This document shows, piece after piece, positions 8,941-17,178 of a stretch of 64,000 bases of DNA. The translations under genes were made by a program, and so were the position numbers. Source of the stretch: Microgenomates group bacterium Gr01-1014_5 (GTDB taxonomy: Bacteria > Patescibacteriota > Microgenomatia > UBA8517 > UBA10165); the NCBI GenBank assembly GCA_007376395.1, contig VMGE01000007.1:8037-72036 (forward strand). Direction: 5' to 3'. The notes under the pieces were generated by a model. It worked only from the letters and a program-made list of their open reading frames with translations, was not told where the DNA came from and did no database searches. The first letter of the stretch is position 1. The number at the start of each line of letters is the position of its first letter.

Positions 8941-9309
8941 ATGCTACGTGCGGAAAGAAATTTTGTTGTTCCTGAAGAGCTTGCAACTAGTGTGTATAGA
9001 GGTATACATACAGGCAGTGGAGTTGGTAGATCGTGGGAGCGCGAACTTAGAGAAGCTCTTAAAGAACATTTAGGTCTTGGACTTACGGCAACTACTTCTC
9101 CCGAATACACAGTAATAGGTGTTCTGCTTATTAGTTACATAACATCTTCAACACATTTAATTGGAATGTTGGAGGGGAGAAATCCTGAAGTTGTTCAGAC
9201 ACAAGTTCGTGAATATCTTCAGTTCAATCCATTAGAGACTCCCCAAGAAACAGTTGAAAGATTGTTAAATATTGCTATAGATAATAGTCAGAGGATTAAT
9301 TCTCGTTAA
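8941..9309 (+). CDS. hypothetical protein (cassette between R2 and R3)
   Basis: TTGACA-17-TAGTAT promoter directly before ATG 8941. Confidence 0.6.
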   Translation: MLRAERNFVVPEELATSVYRGIHTGSGVGRSWERELREALKEHLGLGLTATTSPEYTVIGVLLISYITSSTHLIGMLEGRNPEVVQTQVREYLQFNPLETPQETVERLLNIAIDNSQRINSR

Positions 9310-9337
9310 AAACTACGGGTGCATGATCCGGTTACTG

Positions 9338-9371
9338 TAATAAGTCCCGGTGCGGTTTACCAAACCCTGCT
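9338..9371 (+). repeat. 34-bp att-like repeat R3
   Basis: TAATAAGTCCCGGTGCGGTTTACCAAACCCTGCT. Confidence 0.75.
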
Positions 9372-9397
9372 TAACCTTGAATGGTATACTTTCTTCT

Positions 9398-9850
9398 GTG
9401 AATAATTTATACAAAAATTCTAAATTTTTAACCCAAGCTGAGTTTGAAAAAATTGAAACAGCACTCGAAAGGGCTTGGGGCAGAGATACAACTTATCCTG
9501 ATACAAAAGACTCCTGGTCTGAAGAAAATAAAGCTTATGGCCAATGCGCCGTCACTTCATTAATTGTCAACGACCTATATGGCGGAAAAATGATTTATGA
9601 CAAAAATAACTTCCATATTTGGAACGAACTTCCTGACGGATCACAACAAGACTTCTCAAGAAAACAATTTTTGGATGAAAGAAATTTTGTGATTTATAAA
9701 TACAAAACAAAAGAAGACGTGCTGTTTGATGAAACCGGGACAAGGACACAAATCAGTGATAGATATAAACTTCTTAAGAAAAAATTTCAGGAAGAATATA
9801 AAACTCGTTTCAAAACTCACGCGCTAGCTTCGCTAACTTGTGTAAGGTGA
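9398..9850 (+). CDS. YunG-like protein
   Basis: AW..DT, WSEEN.AYGQCAVTSLIVNDLYGG, HIWN; GTG start after TGGTATACT. Confidence 0.75.
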   Translation: MNNLYKNSKFLTQAEFEKIETALERAWGRDTTYPDTKDSWSEENKAYGQCAVTSLIVNDLYGGKMIYDKNNFHIWNELPDGSQQDFSRKQFLDERNFVIYKYKTKEDVLFDETGTRTQISDRYKLLKKKFQEEYKTRFKTHALASLTCVR

Positions 9851-9878
9851 GTTGAGAGAACCTGTTTTGAAACAGGTT
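9802..9878. mobile_element. 77-bp MITE-like element
   Basis: Inverted ends AACTCGTTTCAAAAC / GTTTTGAAACAGGTT (13/15 match). Confidence 0.5.
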
Positions 9879-9932
9879 CATAGTAAGTTGACTTATATCC
9901 TAGAGTAATGTAGACTACCTACTCTAGCTATT

Positions 9933-10619
9933 ATGATAACTGAAATTAGAAACGTTCAAGAGGATTATTTTATCAGAAGTAAAGAGGGCTTTGACCTTGC
10001 TTCTCCTCGAACACAACGCGCCTTGGAAGTTATGTGGAAACTGGCTTCTATTCCAGTGCCTCAAACTCCTCAGTTGAGTGGCGAAATAGACATTAAAGAC
10101 TTATTCACGGATTCGTCACTTATAGTTGACTTAGAAATATTAGAACAAGCTGGTCTTGTCACTCAAGACGCCGCACACCGAAGAAGAAAACGACTGGTCG
10201 AAGGGTTGGGTAAGGTTTTACACCCAGAGGGCACAGAAAATACTATTTTGATAGAACGTCTTCCCAAAGAACAAGGTTTGGGGTTTATTCTAACTGCAAG
10301 ATTTCTCGAAGTTGAAGATACTAACCAACTGAATTCTTCGGGCGTAGAAAGGCTTGATCACATCAAATGCGACAAAATGACTTTAATACTGATAGATAAA
10401 AAATATACCGTGTCTTTACAGCAAATAATTCTCGACCCGCGTTCACATCGCTATATCCACGGGACGGACAGAACATGGGTACCATTAGATTCAGTCGAAC
10501 CTGAATATAAAGATAAAAAAATTACATCAAAAGATATTAATATTATGTTGACTCTTTTAGCTGAAGGTCTTTTTTCGGGTTCTGTAGTTGGCAAAGCGCG
10601 GTCAATTCGGCTAGCATAA
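9933..10619 (+). CDS. hypothetical protein
   Basis: 228-aa ORF, no motif. Confidence 0.65.
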   Translation: MITEIRNVQEDYFIRSKEGFDLASPRTQRALEVMWKLASIPVPQTPQLSGEIDIKDLFTDSSLIVDLEILEQAGLVTQDAAHRRRKRLVEGLGKVLHPEGTENTILIERLPKEQGLGFILTARFLEVEDTNQLNSSGVERLDHIKCDKMTLILIDKKYTVSLQQIILDPRSHRYIHGTDRTWVPLDSVEPEYKDKKITSKDINIMLTLLAEGLFSGSVVGKARSIRLA

Positions 10620-10625
10620 CACTCA

Positions 10626-11171
10626 TCAGGCAACTGTCATTAACCTGTCCATACTTCTTTCAAATTTATGCACCTCAGCCTCCCCAACTTTCTTCGATAC
10701 TTTATTCCTCTCAAGAGCATAATGACTATTAAAAAATCCCAGTAAGGCCACCCTTGCGTCATTTGTTTTTTGCGGGAAGTCCCGTAATGCCTTCGTGTTA
10801 TCAACTCCAACAAGCTGAATTGCCGAGATCAAACACAAACGCAACCCTGCCAGTGTTTCAACTTCCGGGGTTACTCTTAAGCCTTGAATCCAATATTTAT
10901 TCAACACTGCCCTGCTTGCCTGAACCACCTCACTTTCTATGATGACATATCTTTTTACTGGAACCGCAACAGGCCAAGTGCTATTAGAGGAATCCATAAT
11001 AAATGAAGGGTTTTGGAGGAGAAGTTCTTGAGCCTTTGTAACAAAAAGTAAACAGGCTCCTTCAATTCGTCCCATTCGTCGTGTGTGGTCTACTCTTAGA
11101 CCTTGTAAATAGTACTCAGCAGAGGGAAAAGCCGGAAAACCTTTGAGGGTTACTCTTTCAGCTACGGCCAT
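10626..11171 (-). CDS. hypothetical protein
   Basis: 181-aa ORF; TGGTAGAAT upstream. Confidence 0.6.
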   Translation of the reverse strand: MAVAERVTLKGFPAFPSAEYYLQGLRVDHTRRMGRIEGACLLFVTKAQELLLQNPSFIMDSSNSTWPVAVPVKRYVIIESEVVQASRAVLNKYWIQGLRVTPEVETLAGLRLCLISAIQLVGVDNTKALRDFPQKTNDARVALLGFFNSHYALERNKVSKKVGEAEVHKFERSMDRLMTVA

Positions 11172-11235
11172 TTAAAAGCATTCTACCAGACTCTTGCTCT
11201 AAGTGCTATACTTGAGGAAAGGAGGCGATACATGG

Positions 11236-11433
11236 ATGGTTGTAGTCAAACCAAAACCAGGAGAATCACAAGACAAAATGATTTTACGCTTTCGCAAGAA
11301 AGTTGTTTCTTCGGGCTTATTGCTTGAACTTCGGGATCGCGAGAGGCATAAAACTGCCTCAGAACGTCGAAAACTTAAAAAATACGACATCATACACCAG
11401 CGCGAATTGGAGAAAAAGCGCGAGGCTGTATAG
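11236..11433 (+). CDS. rpsU: 30S ribosomal protein S21
   Basis: GESQDKMILRFRKKV...ELRDRERHKTASERRK; AGGAGG upstream. Confidence 0.88.
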   Translation: MVVVKPKPGESQDKMILRFRKKVVSSGLLLELRDRERHKTASERRKLKKYDIIHQRELEKKREAV

Positions 11434-11441
11434 AGATACAG

Positions 11442-11559
11442 TTAATCGAGCTGTAGATTTTTGAGAAATTCGCGGAAGTTCGCGCCCGCCTCATGCTTTA
11501 GGTAAAAAACGGGTTCCGAAGCCGGCAACAGGAATTACGGCCTTACGCACCTTTGACAT
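11442..11559 (-). pseudogene. galU: UTP-glucose-1-phosphate uridylyltransferase remnant (both ends only)
   Basis: MSKVRKAVIPVAGFGTRFLP joined out of frame to LKHEAGANFREFLKNLQLD*. Confidence 0.75.
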
Positions 11560-11627
11560 TGTCTTTCAGTATATAGGTGTGATATAATACTTGACAAGAG
11601 CTGGTAAAAAAGCTCTTTTTCTTTGCA

Positions 11628-11807
11628 ATGAATCCTGTTACTTTCCTGCGTGAAGTCAAGTCAGAAATGGAAAAAGTCGTCTGGCCTACCCGTAACCAGG
11701 CAGTTCAACTTACCGTCATGGTTATTGCCGTCTCGGTTTTAGTTGGAGCCTATATCGGAGGATTAGACTTTATCTTTACAAACGTACTTAATTCAATAGT
11801 AAAATAG
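11628..11807 (+). CDS. secE: preprotein translocase SecE
   Basis: FLREVKSEMEKVVWPTR plus TM; precedes nusG; absent from the ORF track. Confidence 0.95.
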   Translation: MNPVTFLREVKSEMEKVVWPTRNQAVQLTVMVIAVSVLVGAYIGGLDFIFTNVLNSIVK

Positions 11808-11814
11808 CTTAAAT

Positions 11815-12609
11815 ATGGCAGATCAAGATATAAGCAAACTCAACGAAGAAACAACACCCGAAGCACCTCAAACTGAGGAAACTCCGGTTGTGGAAAATCC
11901 TACAGATGTAGTAGCGCCGGTAGATGAACAACAAGAAAGCGCATCTGTAGAAGAAATTAGGCCAGTCGAAGATATAGACGAGCCGGCAGATGCAGGAGAA
12001 ATAGAAGCTCCTCCAGAAGCAATCGAAGAGCGCGGATCCGGAAAAAAGCTTAAAGGGCATATCGTTATCACCAAAAGCAATGATCCTAACGGCCGCTGGT
12101 ATGTCGTGCACACAACTTCAGGTCATGAAGCACGGATTGCTGAAAATTTAAGACAAAGAGTCGAAACAATGGGGCTTGAGGATAAAATCTTAGAAATTCT
12201 TATCCCCACCCAAGACCGCGTTGTTATCCGCTCAGGGAAAAAATATACCATCAAAGAAAAGATTTTTCCGGGGTATTTGATTATTAAAATGATTATTACC
12301 GACGAGGCGTGGCTTGCTGTCCGCACAACTCAAGGAATTACTGGATTCGTTGGAGCAGGTACAAAACCGACTCCTCTTTCTGAAACAGAAGTAGCCAATA
12401 TTGAAAAATTTGTTTCAGCCCCAGCGGCTCGCTATAAAGTCCGGTTTTCTGTTGGCGAGGCTGTTAAAATTACAGATGGACCTTTCTCGCAGTTTTTGGG
12501 AACAATCAACGAGATGGATGAAGCCCGCGGGAAAGTTAAAGTATTGGTTTCTATTTTCGGCCGTGAAACACCGGTTGAATTGGATTTCTTACAGATTGCA
12601 AAAGTTTAA
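11815..12609 (+). CDS. nusG: NusG with acidic N-terminal extension
   Basis: WYVVHT.SG.E, KIFPGY, KOW domain, SIFGRETPVELDF. Confidence 0.96.
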   Translation: MADQDISKLNEETTPEAPQTEETPVVENPTDVVAPVDEQQESASVEEIRPVEDIDEPADAGEIEAPPEAIEERGSGKKLKGHIVITKSNDPNGRWYVVHTTSGHEARIAENLRQRVETMGLEDKILEILIPTQDRVVIRSGKKYTIKEKIFPGYLIIKMIITDEAWLAVRTTQGITGFVGAGTKPTPLSETEVANIEKFVSAPAARYKVRFSVGEAVKITDGPFSQFLGTINEMDEARGKVKVLVSIFGRETPVELDFLQIAKV

Positions 12610-12637
12610 ACTTGTTTCGAGGACGAAAGGACGAGAA

Positions 12638-13066
12638 ATGGCAGGTAAAAAAATTAAGGTTCAAATTAAATTAAGCTTAAAAGCGGGTGAAGCAACACCG
12701 GCTCCTCCTTTGGGACCAACTCTTGCCCAACACCAAGTCCCTATTATGGACTTTGTAAAAGAATATAACGAAAGAACCGCAGAGCAGAAAGGCAACATTA
12801 TTCCTGTCGTTTTAACCGTTTACGAAGACAGAACTTTTAGTTTTATTACCAAGCTTCCTCCGGTTTCGGCCATGATTAAAAAAATTTTAGGTCTCGAAAA
12901 AGGATCAGGAGCTACCCCTAAAGAAACAGCTGGAACGCTATCTAAAGCTCAAGTTCAGGAGATTGCCCAAAGTAAATTGCCGGATTTGAATACTACCGAT
13001 TTGGAAGCGGCCGTCAAAACCGTGGAAGGCACAGCTCGAAGCATGGGAGTGAAAATTCAAGAATAA
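12638..13066 (+). CDS. rplK: 50S ribosomal protein L11
   Basis: AGEATPAPPLGP, PDLN, GTARSMG; start ATG 12638. Confidence 0.96.
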   Translation: MAGKKIKVQIKLSLKAGEATPAPPLGPTLAQHQVPIMDFVKEYNERTAEQKGNIIPVVLTVYEDRTFSFITKLPPVSAMIKKILGLEKGSGATPKETAGTLSKAQVQEIAQSKLPDLNTTDLEAAVKTVEGTARSMGVKIQE

Positions 13067-13839
13067 TGGGAAAAACAAAACTAAATATCATCGGACAAGA
13101 AGTTGAAAAGAAAGAAAAATCTTCTAAAAAAGATCAGAAGGTTCATCTAGCTGGACTAAAAGGCGGACAGCGCGTCAAAGTTATTGATGCCGAGCCAGTA
13201 GTAGCGCAAAATATACAAGAAGTAAATGAGGTACAAAGAGAAAACACAGAACACGCGAGAGGAAAGAAATATTTAGCAGCCCGCGCCAAAGTTGATCCTA
13301 AAAAAACTTACAACATAACAGACGCCGTAAAACTACTAAAAGAAACTTCCGTCTCTAAGTTTGACGGTTCGGTGGAATTACATCTAGTTCTAGCTAAAGA
13401 CTCTCTAAACACCAGTATCGAACTTCCCCATCCCACAGGAAAAACCAGAAAAATTGAAATTGCAAATGACGCAACCGTAGAAAAATTAAAAACAGGAAAA
13501 GTAGATTTTGACGTACTTTTGGCTTCTCCAGATATAATGCACAAGCTCGTTCCGTTTGCTAAACTTTTAGGACCAAAAGGTCTAATGCCAAATCCTAAAA
13601 ACGGAACTCTTCTTCCTGACCCTGAAAAAGCCAAAGACCAGTTTGGCGGAAATAACATCAACCTTAAAACTGAAAAATCGGCGCCTCTTATACACACGGT
13701 AGTTGCCAAAACAAGCCAACCGGAGAAAGAGATAGAAGAAAATATTAAAGCAGTATTAATAAATATTGGAGAAAAGAATATCAAAAAAGCAGTTGTTTCC
13801 GCATCGATGGGACCTGGAATTCAGGTTTCTGTTGCGTAA
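13066..13839 (+). CDS. rplA: 50S ribosomal protein L1
   Basis: KFDGSVE, LPHPTGK, LGPKGLMPNPKNGT, SMGPG. Confidence 0.96.
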   Translation: MGKTKLNIIGQEVEKKEKSSKKDQKVHLAGLKGGQRVKVIDAEPVVAQNIQEVNEVQRENTEHARGKKYLAARAKVDPKKTYNITDAVKLLKETSVSKFDGSVELHLVLAKDSLNTSIELPHPTGKTRKIEIANDATVEKLKTGKVDFDVLLASPDIMHKLVPFAKLLGPKGLMPNPKNGTLLPDPEKAKDQFGGNNINLKTEKSAPLIHTVVAKTSQPEKEIEENIKAVLINIGEKNIKKAVVSASMGPGIQVSVA

Positions 13840-13868
13840 ACGGTTGTTTTGAGTTAAAATACACTAAT

Positions 13869-13948
13869 CCAAAGACAGTAGGTCGAGCGAAAGCGAGATA
13901 AATCCTACCGAGGGCAAATTTATATTCGCACCTCGTGTGCGTTTTTTT
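13869..13948 (+). promoter_or_regulatory. L10 leader RNA
   Basis: AAGACAGTAGG...TAAATCCTACCGAGG upstream of rplJ, followed by hairpin and T-tract. Confidence 0.8.
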
Positions 13949-13959
13949 GTTTTATAAGC

Positions 13960-14490
13960 ATGAAAAAGAGCGACAAACCATTAATAGTTGATAGTTTGGC
14001 TAATCAAATTAAGGAAGCCAAGAGTGTTACCGTGCTTAATTACCAAGGCATGCCAAACAAACAACTCAACGAACTTCGCCAAAAGGTGCGTGAGGCAGGT
14101 GGAATTTTCGCTGTTTCTAAAAATACTCTTATTAAACGCGCTCTTGAAAAAGTCCACGACACTCTTAATAGTCTTAATATTCTTGATACCCTGCTTGTTG
14201 GCCCAACAGCAATTATCCTCTCCCAAAAAGATGAAGTCGCTCCTTTGCAAGTATTAGGTAAATCAATCGATGAGTCTGGGTTGCCTAAACTAAAATTTGG
14301 AATTTTCGACGGCGACGTCCTAGGTCTTGAAAAACTTCTCACCTTGTCTCACTTACCGGGAAAAAATGTTTTAGCTGCTCAGCTATTGGGAGCATTAATC
14401 GCGCCAAAATATAATATGGTAGAAGTATTAAATGGTAATTTACGAAAATTGGTGTATATTCTAGACCAAAAAGCAAAGGCGGTGAATTAA
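13960..14490 (+). CDS. rplJ: 50S ribosomal protein L10
   Basis: NYQGM, ELR, KNTLIKRAL, GPTA. Confidence 0.95.
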   Translation: MKKSDKPLIVDSLANQIKEAKSVTVLNYQGMPNKQLNELRQKVREAGGIFAVSKNTLIKRALEKVHDTLNSLNILDTLLVGPTAIILSQKDEVAPLQVLGKSIDESGLPKLKFGIFDGDVLGLEKLLTLSHLPGKNVLAAQLLGALIAPKYNMVEVLNGNLRKLVYILDQKAKAVN

Positions 14491-14493
14491 GAT

Positions 14494-14922
14494 ATGGCAG
14501 ATGATCAAGTAACACAAACAGAAGAGAAGGATACAAAAACACTTTCGGCAAAACTTGAAAAAATCGTAGAAGAGCTCGAAAAGCTGACGGTTTTAGAGCT
14601 TTCCGAAGTTGTTCAAGCACTCCAAGAACGCTGGGGAGTTAGCGCTACCCCGATAGCTGGGCCAGCAGTAAGCGCAGCGCCAGCCGAGGCAGCGCCACAA
14701 GCCACAGGTGGAGTACAAACAGTTGTTCTTACGAACTCTGGAGGAAATAAAATTGCAGTCATTAAAGCTCTTCGCGAAATCAATCCTAACCTAGGATTGA
14801 AAGAAGCAAAAGACATGTCTGAAAAACTTCCGGCAGAAATATTAAAAGATGTAAAAGCAGAAGAAGCAAAAAACGCACAAGAGAAACTAACTGCGGCCGG
14901 AGCAACTGTTGAAGTTAAGTAA
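14494..14922 (+). CDS. rplL: 50S ribosomal protein L7/L12
   Basis: LTVLELSE, KIAVIKALR, LGLKEAKD, AGATVEVK. Confidence 0.96.
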   Translation: MADDQVTQTEEKDTKTLSAKLEKIVEELEKLTVLELSEVVQALQERWGVSATPIAGPAVSAAPAEAAPQATGGVQTVVLTNSGGNKIAVIKALREINPNLGLKEAKDMSEKLPAEILKDVKAEEAKNAQEKLTAAGATVEVK

Positions 14923-14925
14923 TTT

Positions 14926-14951
14926 TGTACGATATATTAATATATCGTACA
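14926..14951. repeat. 26-bp perfect palindrome copy 3 (solo)
   Basis: Identical to 2857-2882. Confidence 0.95.
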
Positions 14952-14956
14952 TTAAA

Positions 14957-14988
14957 CAAAAATCCTGGCTATTTAGTCAGGATTTTTG
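14957..14988. terminator. bidirectional intrinsic terminator
   Basis: CAAAAATCCTGGCT-ATTT-AGTCAGGATTTTTG between convergent genes. Confidence 0.8.
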
Positions 14989-14990
14989 TG

Positions 14991-15317
14991 TTACACACCG
15001 TAAATCTTTGCTTCTAAAAACGTTTCGTCTTCATCCCGAATTTGAAAAAACATTTTTCCTTCACGCCGCTGGGTCACAAGTAACCCAAGTTTTGCCAGCT
15101 GTACCACCGCCCCTTCCAACTGGTCTTCCTCGCAAACATCACTTAACAAGCGGCAAATAACAACATAGCGCAACCCTGCAGGTTCGCCATTCACTCTTGG
15201 CGCTGAAGCATTAAATACCGTCTCCAAGATCTCTCTTTCTAATTCCCTTAAATTCCCGTATAACGCTTCGTCCAACACAGGGAAAGCTCCACCTATGTCT
15301 GCGTTAATTTCTCTCAT
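14991..15317 (-). CDS. hypothetical protein, winged-helix-like
   Basis: AVVQLAKLGLLVTQRREGKMFF; coupled to the upstream ORF. Confidence 0.55.
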   Translation of the reverse strand: MREINADIGGAFPVLDEALYGNLRELEREILETVFNASAPRVNGEPAGLRYVVICRLLSDVCEEDQLEGAVVQLAKLGLLVTQRREGKMFFQIRDEDETFLEAKIYGV

Positions 15318-16156
15318 ATCAATTTCTCTTCCCGTAAATCCTCAAGCATTTTTTCGTACAAAAGTAAAAGTTTATCTGTCCCGTTGTCGCGGACATAAAA
15401 ATCAAAAGCTGGTTTTGAGTTGATTTCTAGGAGCCACAATTTACCCGTACTGTCTTCTGCTATATCAAATCCGGCATACCCTATTGGAAGTTCGGAGAAT
15501 ACAGGCTTAAGAAAAACATTAAAACTCTCAAGACTTGTTGTGTCCTCAACTAAAACTGCTTTTGACCCTTCCCAGTGTAAAGGACTTAAGTTTCCTGCAA
15601 AAGTAGCGCCTTCCACGTCTTTAAGGTAAGCAAAAACTATTTCATTCTTAAAAACCACAACTCGATATTCTTTTACAACTGGTATATATTCTTGACCCAA
15701 TACTACATAGTCGTAATCTTTTGAAGTTTTGTCAAAAACATGTTTAACGGCAATCAAGCATTCGTCCTTATTGTTGCACTTAAAGACTCCCAAACCCCCT
15801 GCCCCTTTATTTTTTTTAATAATCACCGGTAAACCAAAGTTTTTTTGAATCTCATCGACAATTTTCTCACAACTAGAGGCGGTTAAGTATTCTTTCCTTT
15901 TCTCTTCAATGTCGGGATCTAGAAAACCTAAAGTACGCGGCATACGAATTTTATCTTTTAATAATTGGTAGGTAAATTCTTTGTCTTGAAAAATATAAGC
16001 TTCCGACTCTTTATTATAAGGAGTGGTCCAATTAGCGAAATAATATAGGTTGTTACCGGTGCTTATCTGAATTACGTTGTGGTTATTATCAATAAAACGA
16101 AAGTCGATATTTAACCTTTTGCAAACCTGAACCAAGCATTGAATATTAACGAGCAT
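15314..16156 (-). CDS. ATP-grasp ligase
   Basis: DKEFTY, PVIIKKNKGAGGLGV, QEYI, EYRVV, GFDI, LEINSKP; start set to ATG 16156. Confidence 0.9.
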   Translation of the reverse strand: MLVNIQCLVQVCKRLNIDFRFIDNNHNVIQISTGNNLYYFANWTTPYNKESEAYIFQDKEFTYQLLKDKIRMPRTLGFLDPDIEEKRKEYLTASSCEKIVDEIQKNFGLPVIIKKNKGAGGLGVFKCNNKDECLIAVKHVFDKTSKDYDYVVLGQEYIPVVKEYRVVVFKNEIVFAYLKDVEGATFAGNLSPLHWEGSKAVLVEDTTSLESFNVFLKPVFSELPIGYAGFDIAEDSTGKLWLLEINSKPAFDFYVRDNGTDKLLLLYEKMLEDLREEKLI

Positions 16157-16159
16157 ATT

Positions 16160-16290
16160 TATCCCCCTTCGCGAAACACTCAAGAGCGTTAGCTCGCGCC
16201 TCTGAGCGAAGTGTTTTTCGCTTCGGAGGGATTCTGCCTCCCTACGAAGCGTGGGGAGAAGATATCCTGACCGTTAGGTCGCGGGAGCTT
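16160..16290. repeat. GC-rich multi-hairpin intergenic element
   Basis: Hairpins CTCTGAGCGAA/TTCGCTTCGGAG, CTCCCTACG/CGTGGGGAG, GACC-GTTA-GGTC. Confidence 0.5.
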
Positions 16291-17174
16291 CATTTTGATA
16301 AACGTGTTTGTCTTTCTAAATACTGCACTATTTCCCGAGCAACGTTAATGCCGGTTGATTCCTCGAAGCCTTGAAATTGCGCACCGCGGTTGATTTCCAA
16401 AACATAAGGATTGCCTTCTGTATCGTACATAATATCTATTCCCGCGTAGTCGGCTTTAAAAACCTTTGCAGTGCGTTCTGCTAAATCCTGCATTTGGCTG
16501 TTTAAGGGGACGCCTTGCACAGCCCCACCTCGCGCAAAATTAGTTAAAAATTCTCCTTCTTGTGCGGTCTTTTTCATAACCTTCGGCAAAGCTTTACCGC
16601 CGATTACAATAACACGATAATCTTGTCTGGTTGTCAACATTTTTTGGAAAAGATAATTTGAAATCCCCTTCTCTTTTACTTTCGTCAACAACTCGTCTTT
16701 ATTTTCAATTTTAAATACTCCTTGACCGGAAGATCCGAAACTTGTTTTGGCAATTAAAGGGAATTCTAACTTGTCCCAATCGATAACTTCTTCGGAAGAA
16801 AACGAAACGCTGGGGACAACTGGGATTCCTGACCTAACCATGTCGTAGTGCTGCTCCAGTTTATTTAAACGAATCCAAGAAATGTACGTTTCTCTATTCA
16901 TTACGGGAATAGATTTAGAATAGTAGTTAATAAGAGCTACCCGCTGATATGCAAACAACGGCCCGACAAGTCCAGCGCCAGAGACGCGCAAAACCACAGC
17001 ACTTGGCATTTCTAAAGATTTGCCATGCATTAAAACCCTTACCTTGTTTGTAATTCCAACAACTAAGTCTTTATAGAAAAGGTTTTCAGCGCTATGACCA
17101 AGCAAATGTGCTTCCTCGGTAATCCGCCCAGGAGCATAATGTTCTGTTGATTTTGAAAAAATGTGGATACGCAT
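16290..17174 (-). CDS. RimK-family alpha-L-glutamate ligase
   Basis: PLIAKTSFGSSGQGV, DYRVIVIG, TNFARGG, AGIDI, LEIN. Confidence 0.9.
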   Translation of the reverse strand: MRIHIFSKSTEHYAPGRITEEAHLLGHSAENLFYKDLVVGITNKVRVLMHGKSLEMPSAVVLRVSGAGLVGPLFAYQRVALINYYSKSIPVMNRETYISWIRLNKLEQHYDMVRSGIPVVPSVSFSSEEVIDWDKLEFPLIAKTSFGSSGQGVFKIENKDELLTKVKEKGISNYLFQKMLTTRQDYRVIVIGGKALPKVMKKTAQEGEFLTNFARGGAVQGVPLNSQMQDLAERTAKVFKADYAGIDIMYDTEGNPYVLEINRGAQFQGFEESTGINVAREIVQYLERQTRLSK

Positions 17175-17178
17175 AATT

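Noticed and set aside
9833-9866. Possible fourth att-like repeat ending CCTGTT
   Set aside because: Upstream positions do not fit the R1-R3 consensus; better explained by the MITE-like element
12401-12637. N-terminal extension of L11 in the ORF track (similar cases for rpmG, rpsU, argS)
   Set aside because: Upstream alternative starts overlap neighbouring genes or promoters; homology begins at downstream ATGs
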